Shown: in pieces, positions 19,430 through 27,127 of the stretch
How the letters are laid out: each line of letters starts with the position of its first letter
How positions within the stretch are numbered: position 1 is the stretch's first letter
Origin: Clostridia bacterium
GTDB lineage: Bacteria; Bacillota; Clostridia; JBAXOJ01
NCBI GenBank assembly: GCA_037133315.1
Contig: JBAXOJ010000003.1
Span: 1 to 37,955 of the forward strand
DNA length: 37,955 nt
Direction: 5' to 3'
Position numbers and translations under genes: made by a program
The notes under the pieces: model-generated
Databases searched by the model: none
Seen by the model: only the letters and a program-made list of their open reading frames with translations
Told to the model about the DNA's origin: nothing

Positions 19430-20118
19430 TTTTTCTTGACCTCAAATTTGTAGCCAACGCCCCAAACAGTATGGAGTTGCCACTCGGCTTGCTCCGGCAT
19501 CAGCTTCTCGCGGATGCGTTTGACGTGGACGTCAACCGTGCGGCTGTCTCCGAAAAAGTCAAAGCCCCAGACCTGCTCGAGCAGTTGTTCGCGTGTAAAC
19601 ACCTTGTTGGGATTCGACGCCAAAAAGTGCAGCAATTCGAACTCTTTCGGCGGCATCGAGAGTTCCACATCATGAAACATCACGGTATAACTGGACGCAT
19701 CAATTTCGAGCCCCTCGAATACTAGCTTGGCCTTATTCTCTTCTGCATGAACGACCCCGCTTGAGCGCCGCAAAACGGCCTTAATGCGCGCCATAATCTC
19801 TTTCGGCTCAAATGGCTTCACGATGTAGTCATCCGCCCCTAATTCAAGCCCCAACACGCGATCAAAGACCTCACCCTTGGCCGTCAGCATAATCACAGGC
19901 ACATTCGACTTCTGGTGAATTCTTTTGCAGACCTCCAGCCCGTCGATGCCGGGCAACATCAAGTCAAGCAGCACCAAATCTGGCTTTGCAGTCTCCAACT
20001 TCTCAAGACCCTCAAGGCCGTTTGCCGCTGGAATGAATTCGTACCCTTCCTTTTCGACATAAAGCCGCAACAGTTCTCTGATATGTGCGTCGTCGTCAAT
20101 CGCTAAAATTTTAACCAT
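19426..20118 (-). CDS. OmpR/PhoB-family response regulator
   Basis: Receiver (IDDD, LDLMLP, GADDYIVKPF) and winged helix (SRTVDVHVKRIR, TVWGVGY). GAGGTG SD before the ATG at 20118. Confidence 0.95.
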   Translation of the reverse strand: MVKILAIDDDAHIRELLRLYVEKEGYEFIPAANGLEGLEKLETAKPDLVLLDLMLPGIDGLEVCKRIHQKSNVPVIMLTAKGEVFDRVLGLELGADDYIVKPFEPKEIMARIKAVLRRSSGVVHAEENKAKLVFEGLEIDASSYTVMFHDVELSMPPKEFELLHFLASNPNKVFTREQLLEQVWGFDFFGDSRTVDVHVKRIREKLMPEQAEWQLHTVWGVGYKFEVKKK

Positions 20119-20197
20119 GTCTGTCACCTCTGCTTTCAGTTTACTGAAAAAGTATTAAGATTCTATTAACAAACTAAAAATATTCTATCACAAAAAA

Positions 20198-20226
20198 TGG
20201 ACAATTGTCTTGATTCATGGTATATT
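20198..20226 (+). promoter_or_regulatory. SigA-type promoter of ychF
   Basis: TGGACA-N17-TATATT with an extended -10 TG. Confidence 0.55.
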
Positions 20227-20276
20227 TTTAACTTGCAAAGCAAGTGGTTTGCAAGCGAAAGGACAGATGATATCAA

Positions 20277-21392
20277 ATGAAATTAGGAATTGTAGGCCTG
20301 CCGAATGTCGGCAAAAGCACGTTGTTCAATGCAATTACAAAGGCCGGAGCGGAATGTGCCAATTACCCGTTCTGCACCATCGAGCCAAACGTCGGCGTCG
20401 TCACGGTACCAGATGAACGGCTCGATAAACTCACGCAAATGTATGCCTCCCTGAAAACCATCCCCGCCATCATCGAGTTTGTCGATATCGCCGGGCTGGT
20501 CAAAGGCGCAAGTCGCGGCGAAGGCCTCGGCAATAAATTCCTCTCCCACATCCGCGAAGTGGATGCGATTTTGCACGTCGTGCGGTGCTTTGAGGACGGC
20601 AACATCATCCACGTCGACGGCGCAATCGGACCCGCGCGCGATGTTGAAACCATCTCCCTCGAGCTGATCTTCGCGGACATGGAGCTGGTCGAACGCCGCA
20701 TTGACCGGTTGCGCAAAATGCTCAAAGGTGACAAAGGGCTTCAGGTCGAAATCGACTTGCTCGTGCGCCTTCTCACTCATTTGGAAGCCGGCAAACCCGC
20801 ACGCACCCTGGAGATGACGCCGGAGGAGGCCGATCTGGCACGCGGCGTGTTTTTGCTAACGTCGAAACCAGTCATCTACGCCGCAAACATCTCCGAAGAC
20901 GACATCGTCGACCTCTCTAGCGATGACAGCGACGAGACCTCCGGCAATCCGTTTATTGTTGAATTGAAGAAATTTGCACACGCCGAAGGCTCTGAAGTCA
21001 TCGTCGTGTGTGCGAAAATAGAAGAAGAAATCGCACAGCTCGAGGATGCCGAGAAGGCGGAGTTCCTGGAAGCCCTTGGCCTCAAGGAATCTGGCCTGGA
21101 CAAGCTGGTGCGCGCGAGTTACAAGCTGCTTGGACTCATTAGCTTCCTGACGGCGGGCCCACAGGAGACCCGTGCTTGGACCATCACGAAGGGCACGCGC
21201 GCGCCGCAGGCGGCCGGCAAGATTCATACCGACTTCGAAAAGGGCTTCATCCGTGCCGAAATCGTGGCCTACGATGACCTCATGTCCCACGGCACGTACG
21301 TCGCCGCCAAGGAAAAAGGCCTGGTCCGCAGCGAAGGCAAGGACTACGTCATGAAAGACGGCGACGTGACACTTTTTAGATTTAATGTGTAA
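20277..21392 (+). CDS. ychF: Redox-regulated ATPase YchF (Obg family)
   Basis: [37 protein letters not shown] domain, and the FRFNV end. Confidence 0.98.
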   Translation: MKLGIVGLPNVGKSTLFNAITKAGAECANYPFCTIEPNVGVVTVPDERLDKLTQMYASLKTIPAIIEFVDIAGLVKGASRGEGLGNKFLSHIREVDAILHVVRCFEDGNIIHVDGAIGPARDVETISLELIFADMELVERRIDRLRKMLKGDKGLQVEIDLLVRLLTHLEAGKPARTLEMTPEEADLARGVFLLTSKPVIYAANISEDDIVDLSSDDSDETSGNPFIVELKKFAHAEGSEVIVVCAKIEEEIAQLEDAEKAEFLEALGLKESGLDKLVRASYKLLGLISFLTAGPQETRAWTITKGTRAPQAAGKIHTDFEKGFIRAEIVAYDDLMSHGTYVAAKEKGLVRSEGKDYVMKDGDVTLFRFNV

Positions 21393-21398
21393 AGGGAA

Positions 21399-21600
21399 AA
21401 GGTAAAGGCAGGCCGCTGGCGCAATGGTAGGGGCAGGCCGCTGGCGCAATTGCAGGCGTAAAAGCAAGTGCGAGAAGGTAAAAGCAGGCCCCTGGCACTA
21501 TTGCAGGCGTAAAGGCAAGTGCGAGAAGGTAAAAGCAGGCCGCTGGCGAAATTGCAGGCGTAAAGGCAAGTGCGAGAAGGTAAAAGCAGGCCCCTGGCAC
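21399..21600 (+). repeat. GC-rich 51-bp tandem repeat (~3.3 copies plus a partial copy)
   Basis: Unit GCAGGCC(G/C)CTGGC....TTGCAGGCGTAAA(A/G)GCAAGTGCGAGAAGGTAAAA starts at 21433, 21484, 21535 and 21586; partial copy at 21399-21424. Confidence 0.95.
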
Positions 21601-21636
21601 GCTTGGCCGTTCGCTAACAGCTCGGAACCAGCGAAC

Positions 21637-21913
21637 TTTAACAAAATTCTTCACATAATTGAATTCCTTGTATAAAATTAATCAAAATTCAGCACCTCAC
21701 ACAACCAAATCTAGAGGTTTTAACAAAAAACAGGGGTTACGAAAAATCCTTGTATAAAATACTTGATTATTTCACGTTTTTTTATACAAGGATTCTGAAA
21801 CAATGCGGTTTTTTGTTAAATCCAATTAATTCCTTATCGATAATCGATAAATCGGCACATGGTTTCAAGCAATTTTATACAAGGAATTCTAGAATGATAT
21901 ATATTTTGTTAAA
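21637..21913. repeat. Four copies of a bipartite 41-bp motif TTTAACAAAA-N18-TCCTTGTATAAAA, two forward then two reverse
   Basis: Forward at 21637-21677 and 21719-21759; reverse at 21780-21820 and 21873-21913. Both boxes and the 18-nt gap length are identical in all four. Confidence 0.93.
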
Positions 21914-21961
21914 ATGAGTTACCCTTACCTTTTATCTTTTCCATTTATCCCACCTACGCGT

Positions 21962-22083
21962 TTGCGCCCGCGGCATGCCTTTACCTTCTCGCCTTTGCAC
22001 CTCTTTTGCGCCATCGGCATGCACTTACCTTCTCGCCTTTACACTTCTTTTGCGCCAGTGGCATGCACTTACCTTCTCGCCTT
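21962..22083 (-). repeat. GC-rich 44-bp tandem repeat (~3 copies), inverted relative of the 51-bp array
   Basis: TTGCGCC...GGCATGC..TTACCTTCTCGCCTT starts at 21962, 22006 and 22050. Its reverse complement shares the core GCGAGAAGGTAA..GCA.GCC...GGCGCAA with the left array. Confidence 0.93.
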
Positions 22084-22140
22084 CTTATGCGAGATAAAAC
22101 GAGCGAGTCTCATCCGCGACCAGGCACAGAGGGTCATTTT

Positions 22141-23049
22141 TTATCTCAGTAACGAATAAATGCTTGATGAAAAAAATATATAATCAAGTAAAAATAATTC
22201 AATCAAGTATGGAATAATAAACAAAGTAAAATTCAAGCCTAAAGAAGTTTTTTTAAATGGATAGCTAGATTTAGATAATTGATAGAATTTGTAATTTAAA
22301 ATTAAAAATAATAATACTGACAAACCCATTGAAACGAGTGATGCAATGAAGTATATGGCGCGATTTTCATTTTTAAAAAAACAAAATATGACTAACAAAG
22401 GCATAATCCCAATAAAAAAACTTAACAAAAACCCCGCAACAAAAAAGTTTATTTCCTGTCCACGCAGCGCCCCCAGCGCCTCCGCCACCTGCGCTTCCAG
22501 TTCTGCGGGGCCGGCGTTGTTGTCGAGTACCACGTCCGCCAACGCCAAGTAGTCCGCAGGCGCGAGCTGCGTTTCCATGCGGCGGAGGCATTCTTCGCGC
22601 GTGTAGCCGCGGTCGGCCATCAGGCGTGCGATTCGCAGCTCCAAATCGGCATCCACCACCCAGACGGTATCGCACAGATCCAGGAAGCCGTCCTTCACCG
22701 GCAGCGGCACGTCGAGCGCGACGAGACGAATGCCCTTTTCCTTTAGCTTTTGAACATCGGCTTTCATTTGGACGGCGATGTGTTTGTGCAGGATCGCCTG
22801 CAGTTGTGAAAGGGCGACGCTGTCGCCAAACACCAAGTCCGCGGTCTTTTTGCGGTCAAAATTGCCGGCCGCATCCAAGATGCGTGGCCCTAATGTTTGC
22901 GTGAGCGCGTCAAGCAGTGGACCTTTTTGCGAGACTAGGCGCCTCGAGATTTCGTCCGCGTCAATGATGGCCACGCCGCGCGCCGCTAGGAGTCCAGCGA
23001 CGGTTGACTTGCCCGCGCCAATGCCGCCGGTCAGGCCAATAATTTTCAT
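22141..23049 (-). CDS. coaE: Dephospho-CoA kinase with an AT-rich C-terminal membrane extension
   Basis: MKIIGLTGGIGAGKST, IDADEIS, DVPL, RLMADRG, ADVVLDN. Directly downstream of polA. About 103 extra hydrophobic residues after ~22455. Confidence 0.9.
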   Translation of the reverse strand: MKIIGLTGGIGAGKSTVAGLLAARGVAIIDADEISRRLVSQKGPLLDALTQTLGPRILDAAGNFDRKKTADLVFGDSVALSQLQAILHKHIAVQMKADVQKLKEKGIRLVALDVPLPVKDGFLDLCDTVWVVDADLELRIARLMADRGYTREECLRRMETQLAPADYLALADVVLDNNAGPAELEAQVAEALGALRGQEINFFVAGFLLSFFIGIMPLLVIFCFFKNENRAIYFIASLVSMGLSVLLFLILNYKFYQLSKSSYPFKKTSLGLNFTLFIIPYLIELFLLDYIFFSSSIYSLLR

Positions 23050-23050
23050 T

Positions 23051-25720
23051 CTATTTGGTTTCATACCAGGAATACCCCCATTTTGCCTCCGCGCGCAACG
23101 GCACGCAAAGCTGCGCCGCGCCCTCCATGCAGGCGTCCACGATTTTGGCGACGGCCTCTGCCTCGTCTTTTGGCGCCTCCACGAGAATTTCGTCGTGGAC
23201 CTGCAGAATCAACTTGGCCTTGAAGCCCTGCGCCTTAAGTTCGGCATACACGCGCACCATCGCCACCTTCATGATGTCAGCCGCGGTGCCTTGGATTGGG
23301 GCGTTCATGGCGACGCGTTCGCCGAAGGAACGCATGTTGAAGTTGGATGCGTGCAACTCAGGAATGTAGCGCCTGCGTTTCATCAACGTCTCAATATACC
23401 CCGTGCGCTTGGCCTCGACCACAGACGCTTTCATGTAATCACGCACGCCCGTGTAAAGGGCCAGATACTCTTCGATGTAAAGCTTCGCCTCGCGGCGCGT
23501 GATGCCCAAATCGCGGGACAGCGAAAAGTCGCTGATGCCGTATACAATGCTGAAATTGACCGTCTTCGCCCGGCTGCGCATGAGGTTGGTGACCTCGCTT
23601 GCTGGGACGTTGAAAATCTGTGTGGCGGTCGTGGTGTGAATGTCTTCGCCGTTGTTGAAGGCATGGATCATGGTTTCATCCTGCGCCACGTGCGCCAGGA
23701 CGCGCAACTCAATCTGCGAATAGTCGGCATCCACGAGTAGTCGGTCCGGTGCGCCGGCCACAAAGACCTTTCGGATTTCGCGTCCCAGTTCGTGTCGGAC
23801 CGGGATGTTTTGGAGGTTCGGCTCGGTGCTGCTGAGCCGCCCTGTCGAGGTCGCCGTCTGGTTGAAGTTCGAGTGAATCCGCCCGTCCGACGGATTAATC
23901 GCCGCTAAGAGCCCGTCCGCATAGGTCGACTTCAGCTTCGCAAGTTGGCGGTATTCAAGAATCAGATTGACGATGAGATGGTCGCCACTCAACTGGTCCA
24001 GCACGTCTGCGTCCGTAGAATAGCCCGTCTTCGTCTTTTTCACAGGCGGCAGGCCAAGTTCCTCAAAGAGCACCACGCCCATTTGCTTGGGAGAGTTGAT
24101 GTTGAAGGTGCGCCCCGCGTGTTCGTAGATCGCAATCTCCAAAAGCCCGATGCGTTCGCCCAACACCCGCCCGTATTCCACAAGCTGGTCGCGATCCACT
24201 GTGAAGCCTTCGTGTTCCATCGAGGCCAACACGCCGACCAGCGGCAGTTCCACATCAAAATAAAGCGCGTCTTGCCCGTTTTCGCGCACGCGTGCATGCA
24301 AACTTTCAATCGTCACCGAAACGACAGCCGCCTTATCGGCATCACTCTGCCCGATTCTCGCAGCCACAATCCCCGTGAACGCCTCCGCGATTTCCTCGAT
24401 CCCGCGGTTCCCGAGCGACGGATTGATGACATAGGCCGCCACGAGCATATCCCCCGCCAGGCCTTGCAGTTCCGCCCCGCGGTCTTGAAGCCAGACGCAA
24501 AACTGTTTCATTTCGAAGCCGTATTTCGCTATGGACGCGTCCGTCATGACGTCGCGCAGCGCATCAAAGACCCCCGACTCGGGAAACATCAGTTCGTTGC
24601 ACTCAATCTGCCACGCATCGCCCCCACAGTGGAGCCCCAACCCGTCCAGTCGTGTGCCGTACACGTCACGATTGACCGAGGCGAAGAGGCTCACCTGCCC
24701 CGCCGTTTTGATTGCTGCGCAAACACCAGCCAGTTCGTTCAATTCATGGATTTTCACAATGTGTGGGTGAAACGCCTTCTCGTCCACGGAGATTTCTAGG
24801 ATGCCACCCGGCGCTCCTATGTTTTCGCCTTGGGCGGTGAGTTTGAGACGATTGATCATCGATTTAAAGCCGAGTTTCATAAAAATCTCGTACAATTTGG
24901 TTCTATCATAATCCTCGATGAGGTAGCCCTCGAGGTCCACAATCCCGGGGACTTCGCGGCAAATGGTCGCCAGTTCGCGACTCAAAAACGCCATCTCTTT
25001 ACTCGTCTCGAGCTTCAATTTGAGGGCAGGCTTGGTGATTTCGTCAAGGTGCGCGTAGAGCCCCTCAAGGTTGGTGTATTTTTGAATCAGCTCCATCGCG
25101 GTCTTTTCTCCAACGCCCGCAACGCCTGGGATGTTGTCGGACGAATCCCCCATCAGGCCTTTGATATCAAGCATCTGTGCTGGCGCAACACCGTACCGCT
25201 CGTGCACGGCTCCCACGTCATAGATGTCGAGCGTCGTCTTGCCCATACTCGTCTTTGGCAGACGCACCGTCGTCTTTTCGGTCACGAGCTGAAACGCGTC
25301 TTTGTCGCCGGTGAGAATGATGGCGTCATGCCCTGCCTCCTCCGCCAAACGCGTCACGGCGCCGATGATATCATCCGCCTCAAAGCCTTCGACCTCCAGG
25401 CGCGTAATCCGCATGGCATCCAAGATTTCTTTCATCATTGGCATCTGCACGGCCAGCTCTGGCGGCATGCCTTTGCGTTGGGCTTTGTACTGGTCGAATT
25501 TCAGGTGCCGAAACGTCGGCGCCTTCAAATCAAACGCCACCGCCAAGTGCTGCGGCTTGACTTCCTCCAACTCTTTAAAGAGGATGTTGAGGAAGCCAAA
25601 AAGTGCGTTGGTGGGCGTGCCGTCTGCCGCCGTCAGGTTCTGCCCCGACGTGCCATAAAACGCCCTATTCAAAATGCTATTGCCATCAATCACGAGCAAC
25701 TTTTCGCTGGTCTCCATCAT
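23051..25720 (-). CDS. polA: DNA polymerase I
   Basis: 5'-3' exonuclease (IDGNSILNRAFY, EADD, GDKD, GDSSDNIPGV); PolA motifs TGRLSSTEPNLQNIP, DYSQIELR, AKTVNF, NAPIQG, QVHDE. Confidence 0.98.
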   Translation of the reverse strand: MMETSEKLLVIDGNSILNRAFYGTSGQNLTAADGTPTNALFGFLNILFKELEEVKPQHLAVAFDLKAPTFRHLKFDQYKAQRKGMPPELAVQMPMMKEILDAMRITRLEVEGFEADDIIGAVTRLAEEAGHDAIILTGDKDAFQLVTEKTTVRLPKTSMGKTTLDIYDVGAVHERYGVAPAQMLDIKGLMGDSSDNIPGVAGVGEKTAMELIQKYTNLEGLYAHLDEITKPALKLKLETSKEMAFLSRELATICREVPGIVDLEGYLIEDYDRTKLYEIFMKLGFKSMINRLKLTAQGENIGAPGGILEISVDEKAFHPHIVKIHELNELAGVCAAIKTAGQVSLFASVNRDVYGTRLDGLGLHCGGDAWQIECNELMFPESGVFDALRDVMTDASIAKYGFEMKQFCVWLQDRGAELQGLAGDMLVAAYVINPSLGNRGIEEIAEAFTGIVAARIGQSDADKAAVVSVTIESLHARVRENGQDALYFDVELPLVGVLASMEHEGFTVDRDQLVEYGRVLGERIGLLEIAIYEHAGRTFNINSPKQMGVVLFEELGLPPVKKTKTGYSTDADVLDQLSGDHLIVNLILEYRQLAKLKSTYADGLLAAINPSDGRIHSNFNQTATSTGRLSSTEPNLQNIPVRHELGREIRKVFVAGAPDRLLVDADYSQIELRVLAHVAQDETMIHAFNNGEDIHTTTATQIFNVPASEVTNLMRSRAKTVNFSIVYGISDFSLSRDLGITRREAKLYIEEYLALYTGVRDYMKASVVEAKRTGYIETLMKRRRYIPELHASNFNMRSFGERVAMNAPIQGTAADIMKVAMVRVYAELKAQGFKAKLILQVHDEILVEAPKDEAEAVAKIVDACMEGAAQLCVPLRAEAKWGYSWYETK

Positions 25721-25799
25721 GTCGCCACGCTCCTCCGCGTATTCAAGTACTTTGGGTAGATTATATCATTTTTGCGATTCGAAATGGAAATAAAATTTG

Positions 25800-25839
25800 A
25801 TATTTGTAGTTTACAAATATTCCCATTCTATGATATGAT
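25800..25839 (+). promoter_or_regulatory. Putative promoter of the RAYT-like gene with an overlapping perfect inverted repeat
   Basis: TTTACA (25810-25815)-N18-TATGAT (25834-25839) with TGn extension. ATATTTGTA-GTT-TACAAATAT at 25800-25820 covers the -35. Confidence 0.55.
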
Positions 25840-25867
25840 AACCTTTCAAATTGGGGAGGCGGTTTTC

Positions 25868-26878
25868 ATTAGGTATTTCAGTTTTCATGTCTGGATTCAC
25901 GGGTTTGGCAGCCAGTCTTTGTGTCGCGACGACGCGGACAAATTCGAGATGGTGCGTACACTCGCTAAAACCTGCCTTGACACCGATCGCGGACTATTCG
26001 GGTATGACGCACTACACACGCATCTGCACTTTATGTTTGGGTTGCGTTGGGGTGCACGCGAGGATCCGCCTGCTGGTTGGGCTGTCGTACAAATCAAGGA
26101 TTTTTGCCATCTTCTGCGTCGGCGTTATGGGGCGTATTTTAGGCATCGCTACCCGCATTTCAAGGGCGATTTGTTCGCGCGCGAACACGACAACTTTACC
26201 GCGTCCGGGAATCCCGATGCCTTTGTGGCGCAGCTCAAATACCTGCATCACAACAGCGTGGGTGCGCGGATTTTCGACGTCTATGAAGAAAATCCATTTT
26301 GCTCCTTCCCACTCTATCTCTCCGCCTTTGTGCACAATCCCGAGATCCAGAACGTGCCCATCGTGCGGGCTGTCTCACAGAATCCCGCGTATTTGCCAAT
26401 CTACGATGCACTCGACATGGAATATGCGTTAGGCCAATTCCGCGGCCACTTTGACCAACGCGTCCGCAACTTCATCAAGCAGCACGAATCCTACCTACAA
26501 TACCGAAGCCGCAATGCGCAACATAGGCATAACCAACTTGGGGTCGGCACGCTATTCCGCGACGCCGATGCGCTCCAAATTGCGAATACGAGCGGTCATC
26601 AAGTCCTGCGTCTCATCGACCAAATCAACGGGCGCAAATCCGAACTCCTTTTGTCAGGCGCCTCGTCGCCTCAAGAGGCGTCGGACACCTTTCGCTCCTT
26701 CTTTCCTTTTGATGAGGACACCGTGGATGTTAAAAAACACTTTTTGCACATTCGAGACCAGTATCCAGACGCGTTTCAGAAATTTATCCAAGCGCTGGGG
26801 CAAACTTGCACCCAAAGAGGCCTATCCGCGATGACTGGGATTTGCCGTGCAAACATCAAAACCCTCCTTACACAGTAA
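25868..26878 (+). CDS. Divergent REP-associated tyrosine transposase (RAYT)-like HUH/Y1 nuclease with putative C-terminal HTH
   Basis: FHVWIHG...RDDADK...GYDALHTHLHF (HUH)...RYGAYFRHRY...GDLF...KYLHHN (catalytic Tyr position)...PFCSF..Y follows the Y1_Tnp/RAYT motif order. C-terminus TQRGLSAMTGICRANIK is HTH-like. Start uncertain: ATT at 25868 has a GGGGAGG SD; the frame is open from 25772. Confidence 0.75.
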   Translation: MRYFSFHVWIHGFGSQSLCRDDADKFEMVRTLAKTCLDTDRGLFGYDALHTHLHFMFGLRWGAREDPPAGWAVVQIKDFCHLLRRRYGAYFRHRYPHFKGDLFAREHDNFTASGNPDAFVAQLKYLHHNSVGARIFDVYEENPFCSFPLYLSAFVHNPEIQNVPIVRAVSQNPAYLPIYDALDMEYALGQFRGHFDQRVRNFIKQHESYLQYRSRNAQHRHNQLGVGTLFRDADALQIANTSGHQVLRLIDQINGRKSELLLSGASSPQEASDTFRSFFPFDEDTVDVKKHFLHIRDQYPDAFQKFIQALGQTCTQRGLSAMTGICRANIKTLLTQ

Positions 26879-27127
26879 GGAGGGCAAATCCGTACCACTC
26901 TTTACAGTAAGGACGCGAAATCCGTACCACGTCATTCGATGAGCTTGCAATCTAGTGGCGCCAAAAGTATTTTCACGCTTGCTCGAGCATTAAAACGAGA
27001 GAAATAATGATAAAAGATATAAAAAAACGTACAAAAAGCAAAATGTAAAGGCATTTGTCGTTTTTCGCGGTACGGATTTACCTCACTTACTGTGTTTTGA
27101 GCAGTAAGGACACGAAATCCGTACCAC
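26872..27127. repeat. Cluster of four 27-bp REP-like repeats, consensus ACAGTAAG-N6-AAATCCGTACCAC
   Basis: Forward at 26872-26898, 26904-26930 and 27101-27127; reverse at 27067-27093. The first copy contains the TAA of the RAYT-like gene. Confidence 0.9.

Noticed and set aside
20232-20255. CTTGCAAA/TTTGCAAG hairpin in the ychF leader as a riboswitch
   Set aside because: A single short stem in a ~45-nt leader with no aptamer features; at most a 5' stabilising hairpin.
21637-21677. Bipartite motif read as a sigma-A promoter (TTAACA...TATAAA)
   Set aside because: The spacing is 27 bp, far from 16-18 bp.
21399-22083. CRISPR array
   Set aside because: The units are near-identical tandem repeats without unique spacers, orientation is mixed, and no cas genes are present.
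22091-22147. Integron attC site beside the AT-rich coaE tail
   Set aside because: No RYYYAAC/GTTRRRY core sites and no tyrosine integrase in the window.
21382-22159. Short ORFs 21382-21654, 21424-21675 and 21914-22159
   Set aside because: They are by-products of the repeat arrays (a 51-bp period keeps frames open), have no SD, and both strands are open.
22778-25759. Long plus-strand ORFs of 284-320 aa opposite polA/coaE
   Set aside because: Antisense shadows of a high-GC3 gene with no recognisable motifs.
25851-26432. 193-aa alternative-frame ORF inside the RAYT-like gene
   Set aside because: No SD or motifs; the other frame carries the HUH and Tyr motifs.
26872-27127. CRISPR mini-array or IS terminal inverted repeats
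   Set aside because: Spacing is irregular (5, 136 and 7 bp), orientation is mixed, and no copy lies upstream of the gene.
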